Below, piece after piece: positions 9,101-18,120 of a stretch of DNA of 64,000 nt. The notes below the pieces were generated by a model. It had not been told where the DNA came from, searched no databases, and was given only the letters and a program-made list of their open reading frames with translations. A program made the translations under genes and the position numbers. The stretch's first letter is position 1; every line of letters starts with the position of its first letter. Origin of the DNA: Candidatus Poribacteria bacterium. GTDB lineage: Bacteria; Poribacteria; WGA-4E; PCPOR2b. The DNA lies in the NCBI GenBank assembly GCA_965208325.1, contig OZ242326.1:3360001-3424000 (forward strand). Reading direction: 5' to 3'.

Positions 9101-9704
9101 CCGTCTGATCTTTCAAGTCTTTCTGCAGATTGTCAAAGACGGATTTGTAGTCTTCAAAGAATTGCTTTGTGACAGCTTCGACATCGAAAGCAGCGTCATG
9201 GCCCTTCTGGACAGCTAACGGCGACAATTCTTCTAGATTGCGATTGATGAATTCCAGGTCGAGCATGGCAACCCGCTCGGATGCGGTGCGCAGTTTTTCG
9301 TAGGGGCTGATTGTGATGCGGCGGTACAAGCGGCGTTTTTTGGCGTCCTCCGTATCGTCGTATTTGACGTTGACGAAATGCCAGTGCGTCTGCTCACGGT
9401 TGCTGAAGATGAACAGGGTGTAGGGGTGGTTACCCAAGAGGCGGGAGATGATGGGGCGTTCAGTCGTCAGGAGCAGGCGGTCGGTATTGAGATGGACGTA
9501 GATGATATGAAAAGCGGCGTCCGTACCGCCGGCGGCGAGAAGGATTGGATCGCTGGCGAGGGCGTCTCCGCCTTGATACGAGAGCGGGGCGTTGCGCTGG
9601 TCGTAGTTTAATTCGGACCAGAACAGTTCTTTGAGGGGTTCGATGCCGCGGAAGTTTTGGAGGATTTCTAGGATTCTTTGGTGTTGTGTGAGGTCGTTTG
9701 GCAT
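6108..9704 (-). CDS. Large Eco57I-like (type IIG/IIL) N6-adenine DNA methyltransferase / RM enzyme
   Basis: PYLNGGLF, GIFYTPR, motif I DPACGSGAF, motif IV GNPPY, DLYIYF, C-terminal TRD-like region. 1198 aa. Confidence 0.92.
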   Translation of the reverse strand: MPNDLTQHQRILEILQNFRGIEPLKELFWSELNYDQRNAPLSYQGGDALASDPILLAAGGTDAAFHIIYVHLNTDRLLLTTERPIISRLLGNHPYTLFIFSNREQTHWHFVNVKYDDTEDAKKRRLYRRITISPYEKLRTASERVAMLDLEFINRNLEELSPLAVQKGHDAAFDVEAVTKQFFEDYKSVFDNLQKDLKDQTDDRQWAHDYSLQFLNRCMFLYFIQRKRWLRGDSGFLRTFWESYRSANQPDDSFVDHWLNVLFFEAFNNKFHGGHRQFPDDIRKALASAPYLNGGLFTENDLDETHHFQISDSRFVRIFDFLENYNFTIAEDSPLDQEVAVDPEMIGKVYESLVNVSTETNERGDAGIFYTPRTEIDLMCRLALVDNLANHLGEEHKPALYQAVFAFDPDDKTDADKKLIESNLWDSIGERLSGIAIVDPACGSGAFLVGMLQILDDLRDRANRALGREASSFDRKKAIIGSNLYGVDVMEWACHVAELRLWLALIIDADIPRAELQLRNEPLLPHFSFNIRCGDSLVQEISGINLAQIRADFSEIPRSLKTRTARLKNEKLKFFNNDKTCLYNSEKELKQEERALFQALIDTRAEDINTEIGDLHELIDGPRAQQIRLDGTIEERTAHQFELEAAERRKQIEALTVDRDRLVQAHGALADARTLPFVWDIAFVEIFADDRRGFDIVIGNPPYVRQENILDPKLSREEMTDAQKKAFNKARKANLARSVYQAFPRFFGYKREKDVKPDNPATAVAHKLDAKSDLYIYFYFHGLSLLNPTGSFCFITSNSWLDVGYGKDLQEFTLKYCRIKQIIDNRARRSFASADVNTVISLFSAPDDTRQSGLDCTARFVSFNTPFEAILDPVIFYEIETASERVRTKEHRGDPMPQRELLDSGMVDTSPKPKYTGDKWGGKYLRAPDIYWTILEKGKDKLVRLGDIAEVRFDIKTGANEFFFLNEDDLSEWNIEDELLVPAIKNVREVNQIVVNPSVLPLKLFYCNSSRKELKHTDALEYIKWGEAQGFHLRPSCRGRPHWWDLGTPHSANINCNYQIGYTQHYFVSSQRFFVSNNFQCIHYPKNPFSLAASLNSSWTQLWVSVMGRTNFGGGLLKIETYETANIVIPNPSMIDEQEACRVLNAADMLEINDKVRKRLDDLVFNALNLTQGERGAVHEAVIDLVQARLRKASSLKG

Positions 9705-9765
9705 GAGGTAACTCCGTGCAATGGCGTGATAGAATTGGGGAGAAACCGAGTTTTTCCAAAAAACT

Positions 9766-10025
9766 GAACCTCCCCTAGCCCCTCCTTGGTAAGGAGGGGG
9801 ATAGTTGGTGTGCGGTCGAGAGAAATCGAATGCTTCAAGAAAACGCGGTTGCGCTGTTTGAAGATTTAAAAGCGTTGGGTTTCACTACAATTTTAGGGAA
9901 TCCATGCAGAACAGAATCCTGATTACGTTGGGTATGCGGCACTGATTTTCGCCCAAGCCGTTCTACCCAACCTACGAATACGACGAATTTATGAACCTCC
10001 TCCTCCTTGGTAAGGAGGGGGATGG
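9766..10025. repeat. Composite REP-like element, copy 1
   Basis: Two CCTCCTTGGTAAGGAGG hairpins bracket CGTTGGGT...ACCCAACCTAC arms. Homologous to 11748-11951. Confidence 0.8.
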
Positions 10026-10160
10026 TTGTTCTCCTCTTTGGCAATGTGGATTCAGAAGGAGGCACGGCGTGACAGGACTCCGTAGAAGAAAAAAAGGGGT
10101 TGCCTAGCAAACATGACAACCCCAATTGACAAGAAAGATTGGATTTACTCCATACCAAAT

Positions 10161-10571
10161 TTAGACATGCAAAATAACAAAAGTCAAGAGCGTCAACATT
10201 AGAATTTGGGTCTCAGATTCGTGTTGAGAAATATGTCCGGCTACGCTTATATCTCCTAACTTTGCGTTCGATACTAAGTACCAACTTGATTCCGAAGGAA
10301 TTGGCTCTATACTAAAACCGACTCTAAAATCATCAAATATCCATTCGATGAGTAACGAACCGTCTTGTACGGAAAAAGCATGAAGTTGGGGAAGGCGATC
10401 CAAGTCAACCCCTCGGCTTTGGAAGGTTAGGATTGTTTCTGTTAAAATCCATAAGATTCTTCTCGCACCATCAGCGACATTCTCATTTTCGACTTGACCA
10501 ACAGCACTCCAAGCGGGTGTGGTTAGGTATTGAACGGACAATGGCAGAAACCGCAAATCAGAGTGTTTCAT
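10161..10571 (-). CDS. Hypothetical protein
   Basis: 136-aa AT-rich ORF between REP elements, no recognised motif. Confidence 0.55.
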   Translation of the reverse strand: MKHSDLRFLPLSVQYLTTPAWSAVGQVENENVADGARRILWILTETILTFQSRGVDLDRLPQLHAFSVQDGSLLIEWIFDDFRVGFSIEPIPSESSWYLVSNAKLGDISVAGHISQHESETQILMLTLLTFVILHV

Positions 10572-10855
10572 TTTATTTGTCTCCCACCGACGCTTTGGAG
10601 ACCCACACGGGAATTTCTGTAGTCAGAAAGTAATGCGGATTTAAGGTTCCATAATTATACGTCACCGCTCACTCAAGTCAAGCAAAATCAATGAATTGAG
10701 GCAAGAAAAGGATGTCGACGCTGATTGAGCTGTATTCAGGGGAAATGGCTTGCAGGTGTACGGATTTTGGTGTATGCTGTCATCGGGTGGGTTGGGTGTT
10801 GCGTTTGCACGTACGGAACGGAAATTCTATCAGAAATGAATTAGGAGGTGCAACA

Positions 10856-11200
10856 ATGAGAATTCTGTTGGTGCTCGCGTTAGCGCTTCTGTGTGCGTGC
10901 GGCGAGGAACATATCGAGATAATGACGCTCGGACCTTACGAGGTGCCGTGTGTCGGGGCTTTTGCGCAGGATTGTTACCTTGAATACAACGCGGACTCAG
11001 AGCGCTGGGAGTTTTTCTACGATGCGATTAGCGGCTTCGATTTTGAACCGGGATACTTTTTTACGCTTGAAGTCAGGTTAGAAGACATAGGCACCGAATA
11101 CCAAGATGCCGGACGATACGATTATCACCTCGTAGAAATATTGGACAAGAAAAAAGCACCGGATGATTTCGACCACAAAAGAGGCGACAAGCCTGAATAG
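10856..11200 (+). CDS. DUF4377-like lipoprotein, paralog 1
   Basis: AGGAGG SD before ATG 10856. Lipobox LCAC; VPCVG...CYL; FYDAISGFDFEPGY; YHLVEILDK. Confidence 0.85.
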   Translation: MRILLVLALALLCACGEEHIEIMTLGPYEVPCVGAFAQDCYLEYNADSERWEFFYDAISGFDFEPGYFFTLEVRLEDIGTEYQDAGRYDYHLVEILDKKKAPDDFDHKRGDKPE

Positions 11201-11248
11201 CAGAGGCTATGGGGAATTGAGCGTCTGTAACAAACGGGATTCTAAGGA

Positions 11249-11596
11249 ATGAAAATGAGATTATTTTTGATGGCGGCAATCGCGGTTTTTTGCGCCTGCG
11301 GCGGGGATCATGTTGAGACATTGACGTTGGGTCCCTACGCGGTACGGTGCCAAGGATTTGTCGAGCAGGACTGTTTTCTTGAGTACAACGCAGATTCAGG
11401 CCGTTGGGAATTTTTCTACGAATCGATTCAGGGCTTTAATTTTGAACCTGGATATTTTTATACCCTCGAAGTCAGGTTAGAAGACCGCGGACCCATTCAG
11501 GACGCCGGACGATATTCCTATCATCTCATTAAAGTCATAGAAAAGAAGGAAGCGCCTGACGATTTCGATCATCTGAGAGGCGACAAGCCGGCATAG
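11249..11596 (+). CDS. DUF4377-like lipoprotein, paralog 2
   Basis: Lipobox FCAC; CQG...CFL; IQGFNFEPGYFY. Tandem duplicate of the preceding gene. Confidence 0.85.
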   Translation: MKMRLFLMAAIAVFCACGGDHVETLTLGPYAVRCQGFVEQDCFLEYNADSGRWEFFYESIQGFNFEPGYFYTLEVRLEDRGPIQDAGRYSYHLIKVIEKKEAPDDFDHLRGDKPA

Positions 11597-11747
11597 GGTA
11601 CGGACTGGGATATGCTCTGAAGGATACAAGAATTTTAGGTTTCTCCGAAACCGGCAATGACTCCGATATACTGAACGGCGCCGAATAACCAAAGGGCGTT
11701 GGGTTAGGCAGCCTCTTGCGACATTTCTAACGCAATCAACGTGATAT

Positions 11748-11951
11748 GAACCTCCTCCTCCTTGGCGAGAAGGGGGATGATTGGTGTGGAGTGGAGAGAA
11801 ATCGATTGCTGTAAGAAAACTTTGTTGCTCTGATTGAATATCAAAAAGCGTTGGGTTACGCTACGGCATAACAGGCTATAAACAAAATCGGCTTCCGATA
11901 CGTGTGCCCAGTATGACACATTTCTCAACAACACCGCTTAACCCAACCTAC
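11748..11951. repeat. Composite REP-like element, copy 2
   Basis: GAACCTCCTCCTCCTTGGCGAGAAGGGGGA...GAGAGAAATCGA...AAAAGCGTTGGGT...ACCCAACCTAC, colinear with 9766-9975. Confidence 0.8.
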
Positions 11952-11978
11952 AAAAACTAAATTGAAGCGGCAGCGGAT

Positions 11979-13049
11979 ATGAGATACATCGGTTGCAAAA
12001 ACAATCTGCTATCCTCTATTGAGGAGGTCGTGCGAACTCACTGTCCAGGGGAAGGTGTTTTTTGTGATCTTTTTGCCGGCACGCATTCGGTCGCGGCGCA
12101 TTTCAAGAGACTAGGGTTTCAGATTATATCCAACGATCTGCTCTACCTCGCTTATGTCTTCGGGTGCGCGCTGATTCAAAATAGTAACGAACTCACCTTC
12201 AGCAAATTGACGGAACTACCAGCGGCTCACCCCTCAAACCTGTTTGATGGGATAGATTCGTACGCGAACGTATTGAACTATTTGAACCGGCTCGAGGGAA
12301 CCTCCGATGGCTTTATCTACAATACATACTGTCCGGGCGGGGAAAACGTATACAACCGACAATACCTCTCCGACAGTAACGGACAGAAAGTCGACGCAGT
12401 CAGACAGCAGATTGAAGCGTGGCGGCGGGATGGGACAATCACCGAAGACGAGTATTATACCCTCTTACACTCGCTTTTGGAAGCGGTCTCCAAAGTGACC
12501 AACATCTCAGGGACTTACGGCGCGTATCTCAAGGACTGGGACGCGAGAACCTACAAGGACCTATCGCTTGAACGGTTTTCACCGATTGCATCGGACAAGG
12601 AACATGCCGTCTATCAGGAGGATGCAAACCGACTCATTGGGCGGATTGACTGCGACATTCTCTACATCGACCCGCCCTACAATAGCCGCCAATACATTAC
12701 GAACTATCATCTCCTCGAAACCGTTGCTCGCTATGACAATCCGTTCGTTTACGGCAAGACAGGGATGCGGCCATATTCCGAAGTGGAGAAATCTGCGTAT
12801 TGCTCAAAGAGCGCGTGTCTGCCAGCGTTTGCGGCGTTAATCGCGCGAACACGAGCAAAACACATCGTCGTGAGTTATAACAGCGAAGGCATTATGAGCG
12901 TGGCGGAGATAATTGAGGTTCTCGGCCAAAAAGGGGAGACCCCCAAACTGATTCCCATCGATTACCGCCGCTTCAAAAGCAACTCTAACGGCGCGCACAA
13001 GAGTAAGAAGAACGTACAAGAGTATCTGTTCTATGTCCAATCCAAGTGA
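11979..13049 (+). CDS. D12-class DNA adenine methyltransferase (FokI/NlaIII-like)
   Basis: MRYIGCK, DLFAGT, LYIDPPYN.RQY..NYHLLE, SYNSEG, EYLF. Confidence 0.92.
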   Translation: MRYIGCKNNLLSSIEEVVRTHCPGEGVFCDLFAGTHSVAAHFKRLGFQIISNDLLYLAYVFGCALIQNSNELTFSKLTELPAAHPSNLFDGIDSYANVLNYLNRLEGTSDGFIYNTYCPGGENVYNRQYLSDSNGQKVDAVRQQIEAWRRDGTITEDEYYTLLHSLLEAVSKVTNISGTYGAYLKDWDARTYKDLSLERFSPIASDKEHAVYQEDANRLIGRIDCDILYIDPPYNSRQYITNYHLLETVARYDNPFVYGKTGMRPYSEVEKSAYCSKSACLPAFAALIARTRAKHIVVSYNSEGIMSVAEIIEVLGQKGETPKLIPIDYRRFKSNSNGAHKSKKNVQEYLFYVQSK

Positions 13050-13983
13050 AATGGAAACACCAAGAGGAGTGCCGGATGCGCGCAACAGGCTAAACGACTT
13101 AACCGGCAGAGAATGGGTCTATTTTTTAAATTCAATCGACTTGATTGAAGGAGAACCTAACCTGCTCTCCGGTGAGTTCCTCAACGACCTGTCGGAGGAG
13201 CAGTGGGCGGCGTATCAGTCGCCCATCATTGACACGTTCTACCCGACATCCGGTGAAGCCGGGTATGCCCATCACATCCGAAAGCGGCATCCGTCACCGA
13301 AGCCGCCGCAACTGATGAAGCGGCTCATCGAATTTTTTACCAAACATGATGGTTGGGTGTTCGATCCGTTTGCGGGCGTCGGCGGCACGTTGTTGGGTTG
13401 TTCGATGGCAGGGCGCCGGGGCGTGGGTGTGGAACTGTCCCAGTCGTATCTCGACCTATACCAGAGCGCGTCCGAAACGTTGAATTTAGAACCTCAGACG
13501 GTTTACCGCGGCGATTCGAGGCATCTTGAAGAGATTTTTAACGGCGAGGATTACCATTTCGATCTGATTCTGACCGATCCGCCGTATGGGGATATGCTCT
13601 CAAGAAAGCGCACCGGCGAACGGAAGAAGAAAACCGGGGATGATTCGCCTACGCCGTTTACGGATGAAGCGGACGACCTCGGAAACATGCCGGCAGAACA
13701 GTTTTACGACGCCTTAAAATCCGTTATCGCGCAATCCATGAAATACTTAAATGTCAAAGGATACGTTTTGGTCTTCTGTAAAGACCTCCAACCGACGGAT
13801 GAATACCACAACCTCATCCATGCCGATGTGGTCAATACATTGGCGCAAATACCGAATCTCCGGTTCCGCGGGTATAAAATCTGGTACGACAAGTCGCTTA
13901 AACTCTATCCGTTCGGCTATCCGTACGCATATGTGTCCAACCAACTACATCAGTTTATTTTGATTTTTCGGAAGGAAAAATAG
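13033..13983 (+). CDS. N4/N6 DNA methyltransferase
   Basis: HPSPKP, DPFAGVGGT, ILTDPPY. Overlaps the previous gene by 17 nt. Confidence 0.9.
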   Translation: MSNPSEMETPRGVPDARNRLNDLTGREWVYFLNSIDLIEGEPNLLSGEFLNDLSEEQWAAYQSPIIDTFYPTSGEAGYAHHIRKRHPSPKPPQLMKRLIEFFTKHDGWVFDPFAGVGGTLLGCSMAGRRGVGVELSQSYLDLYQSASETLNLEPQTVYRGDSRHLEEIFNGEDYHFDLILTDPPYGDMLSRKRTGERKKKTGDDSPTPFTDEADDLGNMPAEQFYDALKSVIAQSMKYLNVKGYVLVFCKDLQPTDEYHNLIHADVVNTLAQIPNLRFRGYKIWYDKSLKLYPFGYPYAYVSNQLHQFILIFRKEK

Positions 13984-14069
13984 GCGAGTGTGGAAAAACT
14001 CCGCACCGGTTTTCTTGACCAAAGAATTGAGGCAAATCTATTCGCCGAATTCCGAGGGAGGGGCGGACG

Positions 14070-14369
14070 ATGAGAAAATGGTATAATGCGGCGGTCATCT
14101 TGATGTTCGTTGTTGGTGTTGCGCTTATCGCCGGTTCTGTGATTTATTATATTTGGGCGGTGGAGAGATTAGGGGACATCGGCGAATCGGGCGATGAATT
14201 CCTACCAGAGTTGCCGGCTCATGGCAGTGATGATTTTCGCCTGCCGCCGCGGAAGTTTTCCGCCAAGGAGCGACCGCACGAGACCGAGAAAGATAACGGG
14301 ACTTCCGCTCTACCTAACCTACAAGAGCTTCAAGCAGCATTAGCTCAATTTGCGGTGAAAAGGGGGTGA
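14070..14369 (+). CDS. Hypothetical single-TM protein
   Basis: N-terminal hydrophobic helix; GGAGG SD upstream. Confidence 0.55.
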   Translation: MRKWYNAAVILMFVVGVALIAGSVIYYIWAVERLGDIGESGDEFLPELPAHGSDDFRLPPRKFSAKERPHETEKDNGTSALPNLQELQAALAQFAVKRG

Positions 14370-14677
14370 CACTGGTGAAATGGAGGTATTGGGCAGTCTA
14401 TCTGTTTGCCGCAGCGTTTTTACTTGCAACTGTGAATTTCACTGGGTGCGGCATCTATCGCCGAGCCACTTCTGTAACGGGGTCGGGCGATGATACCGTT
14501 GTTGTAACGGGTACATCAGGGTATTATCATCGGCGGAGCTGCCGTGATGTCGGACTTGAAAATAAGGAGTTTTTTCTATCCGACGCGGTGCAAATTGATT
14601 ATAAACCGTGTCCGACCTGCCGTCCGCCGCATCTGAAAGTGGATGGGGATTCAGGGAATGCAGAAACCGAGTTTTGA
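14366..14677 (+). CDS. Putative lipoprotein with Ada-like metal-binding domain
   Basis: FTGC lipobox; T..YYHRRSC...YKPCPTCRP; GTGA coupling to the previous ORF. Confidence 0.7.
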   Translation: MTLVKWRYWAVYLFAAAFLLATVNFTGCGIYRRATSVTGSGDDTVVVTGTSGYYHRRSCRDVGLENKEFFLSDAVQIDYKPCPTCRPPHLKVDGDSGNAETEF

Positions 14678-14869
14678 AGAAAAAAACTCGGTTTCTAGGG
14701 AGAGCGAAGGAGATTACGAATTGTCGCTCTAGGCGCTTCAAGCTGAGCGGTAATTGCAGTCTGGACTAAAAAATGTTAGAATTGTCGGCGATATTTTTTG
14801 GAAACGTAATGGTCTAAGTGATGACCACGACCATTTCTTGGACTATGGGTTTATGCGCGTCCACAACGT

Positions 14870-14903
14870 ACCCCCTCTAACTCCCCCTTGCCAAGGGGGA
14901 GAA
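14870..14903. repeat. REP-like hairpin
   Basis: CTCCCCCTTGCCAAGGGGGAG perfect stem, same class as the 9766 element. Confidence 0.7.
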
Positions 14904-15028
14904 CTGAATAGTTGAAACGGTGCGGTGCATAATCCATCCTCTTGGCAAATATGGGTTTTAAAAACTAGATTTGAATTGCGAGTCCTTTAGGTTCTGTAGG
15001 GTAGGACTTCATATACGAAAGGAAAACT

Positions 15029-15790
15029 ATGCGGGTCAAAGATAAGGTTGCCATTATTACAGGAGGCGGTTCAGGGATTGGACGCGCCGCGTGTCAGCTC
15101 TTTGCCGAAGAGGGCGCGAAGGTGGTTGCCGCCGACATCAACCTTGACGGTGCGAACGAGACGGCAGAACTCGTGCGGGAAACTGGTGAGGCGGTGGCGG
15201 TTGAAGCGGACGTTTCCAAAGAGGCAGATGCACAGAAGATTGCCGATGCGGCAGTCGAGGCTTTCGGAACCATCAACATCCTCGTCAACAACGCCGCCGC
15301 ATTTATTTACGGCCGGGTTGAAGACGCGACGGAAGCGGATTGGGACCGGATTTTGGCGGTCAACGTGAAGGGGCCCGCGTTCTGTGTTAAGGCGGCGCTG
15401 CCTGCAATGAAGGCGGCGGGCGTCGGTTCAATCGTCAATATCGGTTCGATCAGCTCCTTTATTGCGCAGCCGGATTATGTCCCCTACAACACCTCAAAAT
15501 CGGCTGTGCTGAATTTCACGCGATGCCTTGCGATGGACCTTGCACCCTTCAACATTCGGGTTAACGCAATCTGTCCGGGTGTGACGCATACACCGGCGCT
15601 TGATCAGGCAATGGTGGAGTTTAATTTTTCGCCTGAAGACGCGCAAAAAGAGTGGGGCGACCCGGCGCTTCTGAAGCGTGTTGCCCGCCCGCGCGAGATT
15701 GCGCACGGCATCCTGTTTCTCGCGTCCGATGACGCTTCATTTGTAACGGGGACGCATCTTCTCGTGGACGGCGGATACACGGCGCAATAG
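15029..15790 (+). CDS. Short-chain dehydrogenase/reductase
   Basis: TGGGSGIG, NNAA, YNTSK, IRVNAICPG, VDGGY. Confidence 0.95.
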   Translation: MRVKDKVAIITGGGSGIGRAACQLFAEEGAKVVAADINLDGANETAELVRETGEAVAVEADVSKEADAQKIADAAVEAFGTINILVNNAAAFIYGRVEDATEADWDRILAVNVKGPAFCVKAALPAMKAAGVGSIVNIGSISSFIAQPDYVPYNTSKSAVLNFTRCLAMDLAPFNIRVNAICPGVTHTPALDQAMVEFNFSPEDAQKEWGDPALLKRVARPREIAHGILFLASDDASFVTGTHLLVDGGYTAQ

Positions 15791-16081
15791 AAACACTGGG
15801 AGAATTATGAATATCTAACGAGATACGCCTGTCCGGGTGGACGACCACATGATTAGTGCACTCACAAACTTCCCACCAAAACCGCCAATTCGTGTTACCA
15901 ATCACTCATAAGATTTACGCTCCTCGTCCATGCTGACAACTGTGGGCGGGTAGAAGCGGAGCAACCTAACCGGCCTTTTCACGCTCAGACCTGCCACCCT
16001 CGGCACAGTTGACAGCTTAGGCATCCCCACCAAAAAAACCCGACATAAAACGCACATCCACAACGATTCACACTACCCGCT

Positions 16082-17986
16082 ATGAAATCAACCAATAACA
16101 TTATTACCTCAAGAGCAGTTGTCATTGGATTGATTCTAGTCGTCCTTAACGCTTACTGGATTGGAATCGCAAGTGAGCTGTGGGGTTATCTTTTTACGTT
16201 GGTTCATCCCTGCTCGAACGCAATTTTTACCCTGGTTCTTCTCATTGTCTTCAACTACACATGCCGTAAATTCTCGAACAAGATTTCGTTATCAGCCGCG
16301 GAACTGTTGATTATCTACATAATGGTGACGATGGTGTCGACGATATCGGGCCATACGATGATGGATTATTTGGTTGGGGCATTAAGCCATCCGTTTTGGC
16401 ACGCATCGCCAGAAAATGAGTGGCAGCGGCTGTTCTGGCAATATATACCGCAGTGGTTTTCCGTTTCAGATAAGGAGATATTGAAGGGTTACTTCTACGG
16501 CGAATCCACATTCCACGCGGTCAAACATCTCAAAGCGTGGACAATTCCGATTTTGATGTGGTCGGCTTTCATTTTCTTCCTCTACACTTCGCTGCTGTGC
16601 ATAAGTTCTGTTCTGAGAAAGCAGTGGGACGAAAAAGAGAAGCTGAGCTACCCAATCGTACAACTGCCCATCGCTATGGCGACGGACCGGAAGTTCTTCA
16701 ATTCAAGGCTGATGTGGGCAGGATTTGCGGTCTCCGCGTCCGTCCGCATAATAAACGGATTCCATGACCTTTTCCCGCTGCTGCCAGAGATTCCTTCCGG
16801 ATTCAGGATTGACCAATTTCTCACCGAAAAACCGTGGAGCGCTATAGGATACACTTTAGTCTTCTTCAACCTCTCCGTTGTCGGGCTTACCTATTTTATG
16901 CCGCTCGATCTGGTTTTTTCATGCTGGTTCTTCTTTTGGCTGACGAAGACAGAAAGGGTGTTTGCGAGCATGGCAGGAACGAAATCGCTCTATCTAGACG
17001 AACGAGCCGGGGGCGCGTGGATGGGCATCGGTCTGCTCGCACTTTGGGTATCTAGACGGCACTTGATTAGCTTTGCCAAGCACGTGTTTGGGTTGGATCG
17101 AACCGACGATTCGAGCGAACCGTTACGATACAGGCCGGCAACTTTTCTGTTCTTCATCAGCTTTGCTTTTCTGGCTCTGTTCTGTTCCCTTGCGGGGATG
17201 TCACTATGGACGGTTGTAATGTTTTTCGTTCTCTACTATCTAATCGCCATAGCTATAGCCAGGGTACGGGCAGAACTTGGACCTCCCTACCATGAAGTAA
17301 TCGGCATAAACTTGACCCCTAGAGGGATGATGGTAAAGATGTTCGGATCGCGGCGGCTCCGCGGAGAGAACTTGGCGGTAATGACGCACTTTCATGCGTT
17401 CAACAGGTGCAACAGAGCCCATCCGATGGCAAGCCAGGTGGAATCCCTGAAGATTGGCGCACGGGTCAATGCGAGCAACCGCCGACTGATACAAGCAATG
17501 ATGTTGGCTATCGGCGTCGGCGCAGTAGCGGCATTCTTTGCGTATCTACAGGCAGCTTACACGCACGGTGCCCAAGGCAGAGGGGTCGGTTACCATTTCG
17601 GCCAGGAGTGCTTCAGGCCGCTTCAAAATTGGCTCCAGTATCCTCAGGGGACGGATGCCGGCAGCGTAACATCCATGGTCGGCGGCTTCTTATTTGTATG
17701 TTTCTTGTATGCGATGCGGACGCGGTTTCTGTGGTGGCCGCTTCATCCATCGGGATATGTCCTATCCGGCGCATCGTGGGGCGGGATGGTATACTTTTGG
17801 TTTCCTACAATGGTGGGATGGCTCATAAAGTCACTAATCATCACCTACGGGGGATTGAAGGTGTATCGGAAGGGTATCCCCTTCTTTTTCGGGCTAATCT
17901 TGGGCGATCATATTCCACGAAGCCTGTTTAGTATCTTGGGTATGGTTCTCAACGTCCACATGCCCTCTGTCGGTTTTTTTGGATAG
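16082..17986 (+). CDS. Polytopic membrane protein, DUF6785/DUF6784-like putative transporter
   Basis: Many TM segments; LRKQWDEKEKLSYPIVQLP; RVRAELGPP; FLWWPLHPSGY; PFFFGLILGD. Confidence 0.75.
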   Translation: MKSTNNIITSRAVVIGLILVVLNAYWIGIASELWGYLFTLVHPCSNAIFTLVLLIVFNYTCRKFSNKISLSAAELLIIYIMVTMVSTISGHTMMDYLVGALSHPFWHASPENEWQRLFWQYIPQWFSVSDKEILKGYFYGESTFHAVKHLKAWTIPILMWSAFIFFLYTSLLCISSVLRKQWDEKEKLSYPIVQLPIAMATDRKFFNSRLMWAGFAVSASVRIINGFHDLFPLLPEIPSGFRIDQFLTEKPWSAIGYTLVFFNLSVVGLTYFMPLDLVFSCWFFFWLTKTERVFASMAGTKSLYLDERAGGAWMGIGLLALWVSRRHLISFAKHVFGLDRTDDSSEPLRYRPATFLFFISFAFLALFCSLAGMSLWTVVMFFVLYYLIAIAIARVRAELGPPYHEVIGINLTPRGMMVKMFGSRRLRGENLAVMTHFHAFNRCNRAHPMASQVESLKIGARVNASNRRLIQAMMLAIGVGAVAAFFAYLQAAYTHGAQGRGVGYHFGQECFRPLQNWLQYPQGTDAGSVTSMVGGFLFVCFLYAMRTRFLWWPLHPSGYVLSGASWGGMVYFWFPTMVGWLIKSLIITYGGLKVYRKGIPFFFGLILGDHIPRSLFSILGMVLNVHMPSVGFFG

Positions 17987-18120
17987 CGATTGAACAATTT
18001 GAGTTTGCAGGAATGGGCTGTTATCGGTTATGATAGCGGCTTGGAAGCCGAAACCTTTGGCCGCTACAAGGCTGTAACGCTAGCGATTAGTTCTTATGTT
18101 TAATTGGGCGGAAATCCGAA

